Origin: an uncultured Rhodothermaceae bacterium
GTDB taxonomy: Bacteria; Bacteroidota; Rhodothermia; Rhodothermales; JAHQVL01
Assembly: GCA_964525535.1 (NCBI GenBank)
Contig: CAZGHT010000017.1
Span: 696-64,695 of the forward strand
Reading direction: 5' to 3'
DNA: 64,000 nt
Shown: one piece after another, positions 20,160 to 28,916 of the stretch
Layout: each line of letters starts with the position of its first letter
Numbering within the stretch: the first letter of the stretch is position 1
Made by a program: the position numbers and the translations under genes
Notes under the pieces: model-generated
The model's input: the letters and a program-made list of their open reading frames with translations, nothing else
What the model was told of the DNA's origin: nothing
Databases searched by the model: none

Positions 20160-21053
20160 ATGCGTTTCCTGAAACAGCTTTTTAATTTCGAACGAGAGGC
20201 AACCCGGGGAGAGCGTTTGTTCTTCAGAGGATTTGAGCTCTTCGTTATATACTGGACCCTTTATTTTGCCTGGAAATGGGGGCTTTACATCAGCAAGATC
20301 AGCGACGTCATCTTACCCCTCGGCATCGCCCAGTATGTGGACATTTCGTTCATGTTCCAGCCTCCGTTTCCACTCCTGAATGCCGGCTTGATCTCGGCGT
20401 TCGCACTGCTCGGGTTTTTTAATATCTCCCGCTTCGGATACCTTGGCGCATTGGTATTGATGCACCTGCAATACGTTTCTAGATTTTGCCTCGGTGAAAT
20501 CTCGCACGGTTCTAATATCATCGGATTTTGTTTGATGGGCCTTGCCTTGAGCCCCATCGTCTTCTCCAAACGAGACTACACCATCAAAGCAACCCTCGGC
20601 TTCTGTTATTTCTTCATCGGAATGGGCTACACTTCGGCGGCTATCTGCAAGCTGGTGGCTACCGGTCCGATGTGGGTCGATGGAAGCCATATGTGGATGT
20701 GGATTGCTGAGCGGACGGTCGATACCTTTTCGTTGACGGGTGCGATCGAATACAGCACAATCCAGTCTATGGCCCTGAACAGCAAAACGCTGGCAACGCT
20801 TATACTCACGTTCGGGCTGGTTACCGAATTATTCGGATTTCTATTCTGGTTTAACAAGACGCGGCCTTACATCGCAACCCTTTTATTTGCCATGCACATC
20901 GGCATTTTGTTATCGATGAAAATCAACTTCCCGGCGAATAACTACGTACTCATCGTGCTCGGTTATCCCTGGGCATCTCTCATCGACTACTTGCTCGATC
21001 GGTTGCGCTCTTCCCCGGGAAAAAACCTCATCCCCCGCTTTCAGAACTGGTAA
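20160..21053 (+). CDS. Polytopic membrane protein of unknown function (weak HTTM/DoxX-like impression only)
   Basis: About 7-8 hydrophobic helices and an aromatic-rich sequence. The gene is visibly AT-richer than its neighbours and appears translationally coupled to 19672..20157. Confidence 0.6.
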   Translation: MRFLKQLFNFEREATRGERLFFRGFELFVIYWTLYFAWKWGLYISKISDVILPLGIAQYVDISFMFQPPFPLLNAGLISAFALLGFFNISRFGYLGALVLMHLQYVSRFCLGEISHGSNIIGFCLMGLALSPIVFSKRDYTIKATLGFCYFFIGMGYTSAAICKLVATGPMWVDGSHMWMWIAERTVDTFSLTGAIEYSTIQSMALNSKTLATLILTFGLVTELFGFLFWFNKTRPYIATLLFAMHIGILLSMKINFPANNYVLIVLGYPWASLIDYLLDRLRSSPGKNLIPRFQNW

Positions 21054-21202
21054 ATACAGCTGCTGAGCGGAGCCGAAAACCCTACATAAGGTCAGGTATC
21101 ATGGACATTTGCGACAGGCAGGAGACTCCAACGCGTATCGTTCCTCCTTTTCTCAGCCATTCCCGGGGTGGTGATGAGCCGGCGGCTGGCGTCAGGCTCA
21201 TT

Positions 21203-22348
21203 ATGATCGCCCAGGATTTCCCACCGGCCGTAGGGGGTATACAAACCTATGCCGGCGAGATTGCTCATCGTTTTGCAGAGTGGTGCGAGGCAATCGTGGT
21301 AATCGCTCCCGATCACGACGACGCCCCCCGGTTCGACGCCACACTGCCCTTCGAAACGATTCGTATTCCTAAACCTGTCGATTATTTCCCGATCGCCGCT
21401 TTACCTGCCGTACTCAGGCTCATAAAACGGCGTGGTTTTACACACACTTTCGGGGCTCACTGGATTTCGGCTATCCCTGCGTACCTGGCCAAAAAACGGT
21501 TTCCTTCCATCCATACATCGATCGCAGCGCATGGGCGCGAACTGCTTCTGCACCCTTTCCCGCGCCCATTCCTCAGCAATTGGTATTCTTCTCTGCGTCA
21601 GGCGGTGCTCAGAAGAGCCGATCGACTCTTCCCCGTCAGCCGATATACAGCGTCGTTGTTGGAAGATCATGGCGTACATTCGAACCAAATCACGATTGTA
21701 CCTAACGGAACGAATCCCTCGCATTTTTATCCGAGAGACGCTTCATCGCTCCGCAACGCGCTGGCGCCCAACGGGGAGCGCATACTCCTCACAGTCAGCA
21801 GGCTCGTCTTGCGCAAAGGCATCGACACGACGTTGCGTTCGGTGGCCCGGGTATTACAAAAATCGACCCATCTCGTATATGTGATCGTAGGTAGCGGCCC
21901 CGACCGGAATCGGCTCGAAGCCGTAGCCCGTGCCGAAGGGATAACTTCACACGTACGGTTCGTCGAACAGGTCGACTCAGAGCAACTCCCCCTTTATTAC
22001 AATGCGGCCGACATATTCGTTATGCCATCCCGGAGCACTCCCCCTGACGTTGAGGGATACGGCATTGTTTTTCTCGAAGCTAATGCCTGCGAAAAACCGG
22101 TGATCGGCGCTCGATCCGGCGGCATCGAAGATGCCATCGTAGACGGGGAAACCGGTTTGCTCGTCGCCCCCGATAACGTAGAGGAACTCGCCCTCCACCT
22201 CGATTGGCTGTTGCACTCCCCGGACATCCGCGCCAAACTCGGAAAATCCGGCCGGAAACGAATCATCGACTCAAACAACTGGGACGTCATCGCCAGAACA
22301 CTCTATGAAGCGCTCCCAATTGACGTACATGCTCGCGTGTCGGCGTAA
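21203..22348 (+). CDS. Glycosyltransferase family 4 (GT-B fold)
   Basis: MIAQDFPPAVGGIQTYAGE N-terminus and a C-terminal EX7E-type region (EGYGIVFLEANACEKPVIGARSGGIEDAIVDGETGLLV). Start chosen at ATG 21203; the ORF-track start at 21101 adds a non-homologous leader. Confidence 0.85.
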   Translation: MIAQDFPPAVGGIQTYAGEIAHRFAEWCEAIVVIAPDHDDAPRFDATLPFETIRIPKPVDYFPIAALPAVLRLIKRRGFTHTFGAHWISAIPAYLAKKRFPSIHTSIAAHGRELLLHPFPRPFLSNWYSSLRQAVLRRADRLFPVSRYTASLLEDHGVHSNQITIVPNGTNPSHFYPRDASSLRNALAPNGERILLTVSRLVLRKGIDTTLRSVARVLQKSTHLVYVIVGSGPDRNRLEAVARAEGITSHVRFVEQVDSEQLPLYYNAADIFVMPSRSTPPDVEGYGIVFLEANACEKPVIGARSGGIEDAIVDGETGLLVAPDNVEELALHLDWLLHSPDIRAKLGKSGRKRIIDSNNWDVIARTLYEALPIDVHARVSA

Positions 22349-22368
22349 CGTCCGCTCTCCGTTGATAC

Positions 22369-22896
22369 TCACTGGCGGCGTACTTCGACCTCGACCGGTA
22401 CAGGTCCGGTGCGCTCGAAGTACAGCGTGATCGGAAATCGCATGCCCTCTTCGAGCGGTCGCTTCAACCCTAGCACCATCAGGTGATAGCCGCCCGGCTC
22501 GAATCGAAGCTCACTCTCCGGCAGAATATCGACCGATGTGTGATGGCGCATCCGCATCACGCCCATTGCATCCTCCTGGCTTCGATGGATTTCAATTCGT
22601 TCCGCCAGATCGGTACGACCTCCTGTCAACAGGTCTGCCTCATCTTCGTTATTCTGAAGGGTGAAGTACACGGCTGCAGGCGGAATGTAGGCGTCGGACG
22701 CAGAATGAGGCCCTGACCGCTCACCCGAGGAACCGCTCGGCCGGGACCACGCATCCTTGACCAACAGGTCTTCCGAAGCCTCCCCACATCCGATAACGCA
22801 ACCTGCCAAAACGACCAGACCTGCCAGCCAGGCCAGCCCACCTACGGTCAAAATCGAATTCACAGGTTTCGAAACGTTGCGTAAATTATCCATCAA
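22369..22896 (-). CDS. Copper chaperone PCu(A)C (DUF461 family) lipoprotein
   Basis: Lipobox LAGCVIGCG. Met/His copper motif IEIHRSQEDAMGVMRMRHH and GGYHLMVLG. Its start overlaps the end of the upstream SCO gene by 11 nt. Confidence 0.8.
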   Translation of the reverse strand: MMDNLRNVSKPVNSILTVGGLAWLAGLVVLAGCVIGCGEASEDLLVKDAWSRPSGSSGERSGPHSASDAYIPPAAVYFTLQNNEDEADLLTGGRTDLAERIEIHRSQEDAMGVMRMRHHTSVDILPESELRFEPGGYHLMVLGLKRPLEEGMRFPITLYFERTGPVPVEVEVRRQ

Positions 22897-23497
22897 TGTT
22901 AGCCAGGCGCTCCATGTCAGCAGCCATTTCTTCAGTCGTCAGCCTAAAAGACCAGACCAACCGCATCGCTCCCTGTTTGTCCAGAACGATCACAGACGAG
23001 GTATGATCGACCAGGTACTCTGATTCGGCCGTCTTTTGCACCTTCTCTCGGAAAACACCAAATCGGGCAGACACGGTGTCTAGTTGAGCTTCCGTACCGG
23101 TCAGCCCGATGAATGCTGAATTGAACGATCGGGCATATCGACCCACTCGTTCGGCGGTGTCTCGATCCGGGTCTACACTGATGAGCACAACGTTGGTTTC
23201 ATCCCTGACGTCATCGGAAACCCTTTGCATTACGCGTGCCATCTGCGCCAGTGTCGTCGGACACACATCAGGGCAGTATGTATAGCCGAATACCAATATT
23301 GCATATTCCCCCTGAAACCCACGGATATCGACCTGTCCGTCCGTGCTCGCAAGCTCAAAAGGTTCGATGAGAGCAGGGGGATCGAGGTACGTGCCGTTAA
23401 ACAGAGCCGGCGAATGGGTGACTGTCTGGTAAAAAAAAAGAAGACCTGATACCAGGGCAATAGCCAGAAGTAAAGCGCCAAATAGTACGTAACGCAT
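22886..23497 (-). CDS. SCO1/SenC-family copper-binding thioredoxin-like protein
   Basis: TM anchor MRYVLFGALLLAIALVSGLLFF, CxxxC motif YTYCPDVCP, and a conserved downstream His (YLVDHTSSV). Start set at the internal ATG 23497. Confidence 0.85.
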   Translation of the reverse strand: MRYVLFGALLLAIALVSGLLFFYQTVTHSPALFNGTYLDPPALIEPFELASTDGQVDIRGFQGEYAILVFGYTYCPDVCPTTLAQMARVMQRVSDDVRDETNVVLISVDPDRDTAERVGRYARSFNSAFIGLTGTEAQLDTVSARFGVFREKVQKTAESEYLVDHTSSVIVLDKQGAMRLVWSFRLTTEEMAADMERLANIDG

Positions 23498-24019
23498 ATG
23501 CATTTCACGTGTTGACCCATGTTGCGTACCGGATGCTCCAGCATACACCCATAACCACTTACAAGGCTCGAATTGAACGTTTGAATTCTGCTGATCGAAT
23601 GTAAGAGCCCGTAAAACAGCATGCTGTGCATCGTTCGCGCGACATCACTCGTTGATGTAGTTCGATTACCCCCGAACCACAACGAGGTTGCGACTTCAGC
23701 CCCCTATCGTCGACACTCGGGCGAAACGCGATTGCACCGGTCAGGACGCACGTGTCAGTACAATTCGCTAGCCCGGCATCGGAATCCCCCCTTCACACTT
23801 CAGCGAGCATTCATCCGAATAACAAGCGCGGATGCGCCAAAGGTGACACCGATACTGGGGAAAGATAAACGGACGATTAATTATTTCGGGCTTAAATTCG
23901 CCCACACTATCCGTCTTTCGTTCTATCGCATTGTACCCGGACTGTAACAAACCCTGACGCTGTCGCTACTCCCCATCCCCTTTTCCCTGTCCACGTTTCG
24001 AATCAAGTATCAAGAACCC

Positions 24020-25666
24020 ATGCCAGCCGTTTCTACGATCCACCCTAGAGCTCGGGAAGAATTAACACAATTCGCGCTTCACAATCCAACTGTTTTAAAC
24101 GCCGTACGTCATCTCATTCGGACCGCTTCCAGCGCATTAACCATCCCGGCAGTCTTCACAGCTATATTCGACAAAGAAGACCGGCTCACCGTTCAATCGT
24201 GGCATGGTTTCGACGCATCTGTATCTCCTTCGAGTCACTTCCTCCACGCTGAGGGTACCCGGGGAGATGGACCCCGAATTATCCCGGACGCCAGATGCGA
24301 GCCTTCCTTTTCGGGGGATGTATGGGTGGTAAATGGCGGCGTCCGTTTTTTCGCGTCTACACCGATCTTGACACCTCGAAATCAAAAGCTGGGAGTACTT
24401 TGCCTTGTGGACTGTGAGCCCCGGCAATTAACGAGAGAACAATTGCAGCTCTTTCAGGACTTCGAGAAAATCATCTCCGAGACGATTACACTGCGCTTCG
24501 ATAATGCAGTAGCAAAAAAAGCATTCCGCCGGACCCAGGAAAAGTACGCATTATCGAGGAATCGACTGGACCGAATCGTGTCGAGTTTGCCCGTTCCGCT
24601 CTTCTCTGTCGATCGATTCGGGTACATCAAGACATGGAACCGCGCTTCTGTAGATACCTTCGGTTATACGCCTCAAGAAATCCTGGGGCGCTCGATTACG
24701 GAATGCCTCGCCCCGGGGCAAAGCCAGGCTCAAATCCAGCACCTCATCGATCGGGTATACAACCGCAGGCGTATACCAGGTGTCGACCTTATGCTGAAAT
24801 CGAAACACGGCATTCATAGCATCATGGAGAGCCGAATTTTCCCGCATTTTGACGCCCAGGGAGAAGTAGAATCGTGCGTCTTCATTACAAAAAGTCGCTC
24901 TAAGATTGCCAAGACGGAAAAGGCGCTCAGCAGAACAAAGGCAGACTACCGCGAAATCGCCTCGGAAATCATGCAGCTCAAATCGGCTTTTCTGTCGAAC
25001 ATGAGCCACGAAATCAGGACTCCCCTCACCTCGATTATCGGGGTCGCCGACATTTTAGGCCACCAGACCGATGACACAAACCGGGAATTTGCCCACGTGA
25101 TCGAAGAGAGCGCCCAGCAGCTCATGGATACCCTCGGGGCAGTGCTGGACCTTACGCAACTCGAAAATCACTCGCTGGAGCTCGACCCCGAGCCGCTAGA
25201 GCTCACGAACCACATCGATTCGGTCATGCGAGACTACAAGCCGCTGGCCGAGGAGAAAGGCATCCGCCTGACTCTCGACCGGGTTCCGGAGAAACGATGC
25301 ATTGCCTACCTCGACCGCTCCGCCCATACCCGCATTGTACATAACCTCCTGGATAATGCCCTTAAATTCACCCGCAAGGGAGAAATTTCGGTATCCGTTC
25401 GATCTGCAGAAGCCTCTATCGAATTGAGCATCTCCGATACCGGGATAGGCATCAGTAAAGCTTTTTTACCACACATCTTCGACGAGTTCCTCCAGGAATC
25501 GTCCGGCATTTCGCGCTCCTACGAGGGGAGCGGCCTGGGTCTAGCGATAACCAAGCGGCTGGTCGAATTGATGAAAGGAACCATCGACGTGCAAAGCAAA
25601 AAGGGAGAAGGGTCAACGTTTACGATCGTTTATCCCAAATATGTACAGAAGGCCATGGCAGCCTGA
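24020..25666 (+). CDS. Cytoplasmic GAF-PAS sensor histidine kinase
   Basis: N-terminal GAF-like region (GVLCLVDCEPRQLTREQ), PAS domain (VDRFGYIKTWNRASVDTFGYTPQEILGRSI), H-box SNMSHEIRTPLTSI, and ATPase boxes LLDNALKFT, DTGIGI, GSGLGLAI. No TM segment. Confidence 0.85.
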   Translation: MPAVSTIHPRAREELTQFALHNPTVLNAVRHLIRTASSALTIPAVFTAIFDKEDRLTVQSWHGFDASVSPSSHFLHAEGTRGDGPRIIPDARCEPSFSGDVWVVNGGVRFFASTPILTPRNQKLGVLCLVDCEPRQLTREQLQLFQDFEKIISETITLRFDNAVAKKAFRRTQEKYALSRNRLDRIVSSLPVPLFSVDRFGYIKTWNRASVDTFGYTPQEILGRSITECLAPGQSQAQIQHLIDRVYNRRRIPGVDLMLKSKHGIHSIMESRIFPHFDAQGEVESCVFITKSRSKIAKTEKALSRTKADYREIASEIMQLKSAFLSNMSHEIRTPLTSIIGVADILGHQTDDTNREFAHVIEESAQQLMDTLGAVLDLTQLENHSLELDPEPLELTNHIDSVMRDYKPLAEEKGIRLTLDRVPEKRCIAYLDRSAHTRIVHNLLDNALKFTRKGEISVSVRSAEASIELSISDTGIGISKAFLPHIFDEFLQESSGISRSYEGSGLGLAITKRLVELMKGTIDVQSKKGEGSTFTIVYPKYVQKAMAA

Positions 25667-25781
25667 GCGAGGGGGGATAGACGAACAACGAGCCCGATCA
25701 GCCACGATCGGCGGGGTTCGAAGCGGTTTTGAATCCATCCAGAACACGGCGGTCATTCGATGCGTTTGACACGGATACCCC

Positions 25782-26174
25782 TTGAACCAGGCATCGATTA
25801 TGACACCGCCAATAATCCCCGACTACAACAAACCGGAACATCCCGGGATATGGATGAATTTTGACAACACCGTGTCCATCTATCACGTTGTCGCTGCTGA
25901 AGATACCTTCGACAAGGCGGCTCAGGACTTGTTCAATCTCATCAGGGAAACACAGTCCCGATATCCAGACTGGCCCCGCGTGTTGTATCTGGACGTTGAA
26001 GGGCATCTGGATCGGCTGGGGCGCCTGGAGGAAGACATGATCGAACTCCAGCAAGAATTCTTGATCGCGGCGCTGGGGAAGTTCTTGACCGCCCTCGATA
26101 TGCCGCTCGTTTCCGTCGTGAATCCGGAAGCTCAAGACAATGCTGTACCGGATTCGCTGGCCATCAATTCCTGA
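25782..26174 (+). CDS. Hypothetical protein
   Basis: The 130-aa ORF has protein-like composition. The competing minus-strand ORF 25698..26135 looks like an antisense shadow. No family recognised. The start could instead be ATG 25800. Confidence 0.45.
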   Translation: MNQASIMTPPIIPDYNKPEHPGIWMNFDNTVSIYHVVAAEDTFDKAAQDLFNLIRETQSRYPDWPRVLYLDVEGHLDRLGRLEEDMIELQQEFLIAALGKFLTALDMPLVSVVNPEAQDNAVPDSLAINS

Positions 26175-27067
26175 AGCTCCTCAACCAGTACATCCATCTC
26201 TTCGTCCGGGAGCAGCATGAGTGGGGGCCTCATGAACCCCCATTCTTTTCGGTTTGTGCGCCTTGCCATCAGGCCTTTGAGTGCGGGTATCATGGAGTGG
26301 GCCTGTATCGTCTTCCTTGCACTGGACAGAGTGGTCTGCAAAACGGAACCATCTGAGCCTTCTTTCCAGGCTGTCCATACCTGATCCGCCAGCCGACAGG
26401 TGATATTCGCTGAGGCAGAGATACAACCGGCGCCTCCTTCCTCGAGCGTATCCAACAAAAACAACTCGCTGCCTGCAAAAACACGAAGCTCGGGGAACGA
26501 GTGAATCAGGTGGCTGATGTGGGTCCAGTTGCCGCTCGAATCCTTGATGCCCGCAATAGTCCCCGGGTATCGTTCCAGCAACTGCTCGATGACACCGTCC
26601 GTGTAGGACACCCCGGCCATCTTCGGAAAGTGATACAGATAGATATTCAGCTCCTCGAACCCAACATCCTGGATGACCGCTTCGCAGAATGCCAGCAGCC
26701 CTTCTTCCGAGACGTCCTTGTAATAGAAGGGTGGAAGAAGCAGGATATCGTGCACCCCTCGGCCAACGGCATGCCGTGTCAAGAGTATGGCATCGGGTAA
26801 CGCGCAGCATCCGGTACCCACCATCAGTCTGTCGGGTAAAATACCGGCCCCGAGTGTGCGATCCAATACGTCAACGCGTTCCGAAACGCTGAGTGAATTG
26901 GCCTCCCCCGTAGTGCCTAAAAGTGCGATACCCGCACAGCCGTTCTCAATCAGCCACTGGCAATGGCGCGCAAGCCCCTCGAAGTTCACGCTCAGATCCG
27001 CGTGCATGGGTGTGAGAGCGGCGGCGTAAACACCACCTCGGTGTGCCGTATGTGTGTCAATCATCAA
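26132..27067 (-). CDS. Dihydrodipicolinate synthase / N-acetylneuraminate lyase family class I aldolase
   Basis: GVYAAALTPM..., GLLGTTGEANSLS, and the Schiff-base lysine context IAGIKDSSGN. The substrate cannot be told from the sequence. Confidence 0.8.
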   Translation of the reverse strand: MMIDTHTAHRGGVYAAALTPMHADLSVNFEGLARHCQWLIENGCAGIALLGTTGEANSLSVSERVDVLDRTLGAGILPDRLMVGTGCCALPDAILLTRHAVGRGVHDILLLPPFYYKDVSEEGLLAFCEAVIQDVGFEELNIYLYHFPKMAGVSYTDGVIEQLLERYPGTIAGIKDSSGNWTHISHLIHSFPELRVFAGSELFLLDTLEEGGAGCISASANITCRLADQVWTAWKEGSDGSVLQTTLSSARKTIQAHSMIPALKGLMARRTNRKEWGFMRPPLMLLPDEEMDVLVEELQELMASESGTALS

Positions 27068-27254
27068 GCGTTTATGACAATTATGTGATAGTTCTTCCGC
27101 GGACCAGGATTATTCAGGGTGAATCTGAGAGTCGGCATACGTTTTGTCCGGCAAATATTGCCCTTCGCTCCAGGACGTAAGTCCCACCCGTACACGAAAT
27201 GAGTGGGATTACGTGTAGTCAAAGAAAGTAAGAACAACGTATACGCGACATACA

Positions 27255-28067
27255 ATGAAAACCGTACATTTTACTCTTAAATTCCCTTTGTTTGTGTTAG
27301 CACTGATAGGATTAATTCTGGCCGGATGCGACAGCAGCGATTCGGACGACGATACTCCCGAAGTCATTCCCTCCGAAGTGTTCACGCTGCCGGTGGATCT
27401 ATTCGCTCCAGGAGCTAATAAAAGTGCTCAGCCGGGTATCCATTTTACGCAGGCGGCGTTCCGGGTCTGGCCCGTTTCCGCAATAGTGGCAGCCAATCTC
27501 ATCATTCCTTCAGCAGCTACGGCGCAAGCACTCGACGCTGAACCGACGTTCGAAGCAGGCACCTGGACCTGGCAGGCCGAAACGGACCTGAACGGGCAGC
27601 CTCTGTCCTTTGCCCTGTCGGCGGAGCGCATCGACGACGAAACCGTGTGGAGCATGCGCGTTACCTTTTCCGACACCCAGAATAGCCTCGAGTTGACCGA
27701 CTTCGAGCTTTTCACGGCAACGAGTTCGAACGATGGGCTGAACGGATCCTGGCAATTGTTCTACCCCACAACCGAAGGTTCTCAGAACGTAGTCAATGCA
27801 GATTATGTCATCTCGGGCGATGACGAGCGGATGGTAACGTTCAGCATTCCGTCCGGAGCCCTGAGCAATGCCGGCGATGCCGTCATTTATAGCGAGGACG
27901 AGGATGCTCGTACGTTTGAATGGCAGCAAATCTCTGCCGGCAACGTACACGTGGTTACCTGGAACAGCGTCACGAACGAGGGCTCCATTACTGCGACCAA
28001 CTACAACGAAGGAGCACAGGGATGCTGGGATTCTTCACTCGAAGATACTCCCTGCACGGACTCGTGA
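27255..28067 (+). CDS. Lipoprotein of unknown function
   Basis: Signal and lipobox LILAGCDSSDSDDD. The mature part is beta-rich, acidic and T/S/W-rich. No family recognised. Confidence 0.65.
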   Translation: MKTVHFTLKFPLFVLALIGLILAGCDSSDSDDDTPEVIPSEVFTLPVDLFAPGANKSAQPGIHFTQAAFRVWPVSAIVAANLIIPSAATAQALDAEPTFEAGTWTWQAETDLNGQPLSFALSAERIDDETVWSMRVTFSDTQNSLELTDFELFTATSSNDGLNGSWQLFYPTTEGSQNVVNADYVISGDDERMVTFSIPSGALSNAGDAVIYSEDEDARTFEWQQISAGNVHVVTWNSVTNEGSITATNYNEGAQGCWDSSLEDTPCTDS

Positions 28068-28160
28068 AATCGCCTCACTCGTTCGAGTACTTCAGCGACA
28101 GCACCTGGAGGATACGATCCGTATCTTTCAGGTCGTTGTCGCATTTGCTTTCGAGAATCG

Positions 28161-28916
28161 ATGCCCCTCCACATCTACCCCAGCAAAAAACAAACGAGTG
28201 CCGCAGCTGCCGAGAAAGGAGCCGCCGTGTTGCGCTCCATTCTCAATGAGCGAGACGAAGCCGGCCTGGTCGTGGCGACAGGCGCCTCGCAGTTTGACCT
28301 GTTCGATGCGCTCGTGTCGGAACCCGATGTGGAATGGCACCGGGTCGTAGGATTTCATCTCGATGAATACGTGGGTGTACCCATCACTCATCCGGCTTCC
28401 TTTCGCAATTACCTCTGGAGTCGATTCGTAAAACGCTTGCCTACCCCGATGAAAGGCTTTCATTTCATTCATGGGGACGATGACCCGGAGGCCGAAATAA
28501 ACCGCTTGAATGCATTGATCGATCAATATACGATCCACCTGGGTTTCATCGGCATCGGGGAAAACGGGCATATCGCGTTCAACGATCCGCCGGCCGATTT
28601 CGAAACGACAGCCCCGTACCACCAGGTCACACTCGATGCAGCCTGCCGCAAGCAGCAGATGAATGAAGGATGGTTTCCTTCTCTGAACGAAGTGCCGCAA
28701 CAGGCCATCTCGATGTCAATCCATCACATCACGAACATTCAGACCCTCATCTGTACCGTCCCAGAAACGCGTAAGGCGAGGGCTGTTCGATACGCTCTCG
28801 AAGGCCCCGTCACAGCGGACGTTCCCGCCTCCATATTACAGATGCACCCGAATTGCCATTTCTTCCTGGACGACGAGTCCGCTTCTCTTTTATCCCCCCG
28901 AGAGAACCTCGGCTAA
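28161..28916 (+). CDS. nagB: Glucosamine-6-phosphate deaminase (NagB/6-phosphogluconolactonase superfamily)
   Basis: LVVATGASQFDLFDALV, GFHLDEYVG, IGIGENGHIAFNDP. Confidence 0.8.
   Translation: MPLHIYPSKKQTSAAAAEKGAAVLRSILNERDEAGLVVATGASQFDLFDALVSEPDVEWHRVVGFHLDEYVGVPITHPASFRNYLWSRFVKRLPTPMKGFHFIHGDDDPEAEINRLNALIDQYTIHLGFIGIGENGHIAFNDPPADFETTAPYHQVTLDAACRKQQMNEGWFPSLNEVPQQAISMSIHHITNIQTLICTVPETRKARAVRYALEGPVTADVPASILQMHPNCHFFLDDESASLLSPRENLG

Noticed and set aside
23661-23690. tRNA/tmRNA-like T-loop sequence (gtagTTCGATTaccccc)
   Set aside because: The flanks do not form a T-stem, and no acceptor, D or anticodon arms can be drawn. No tRNA was found anywhere in the intergenic regions I scanned.
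25698-26135. 145-aa minus-strand ORF competing with 25782..26174(+)
   Set aside because: Its composition (…HDGNERHIEGGQELPQRRDQEFLLEFDH…) looks like the antisense of the plus-strand ORF. I kept the plus-strand ORF, with low confidence only.
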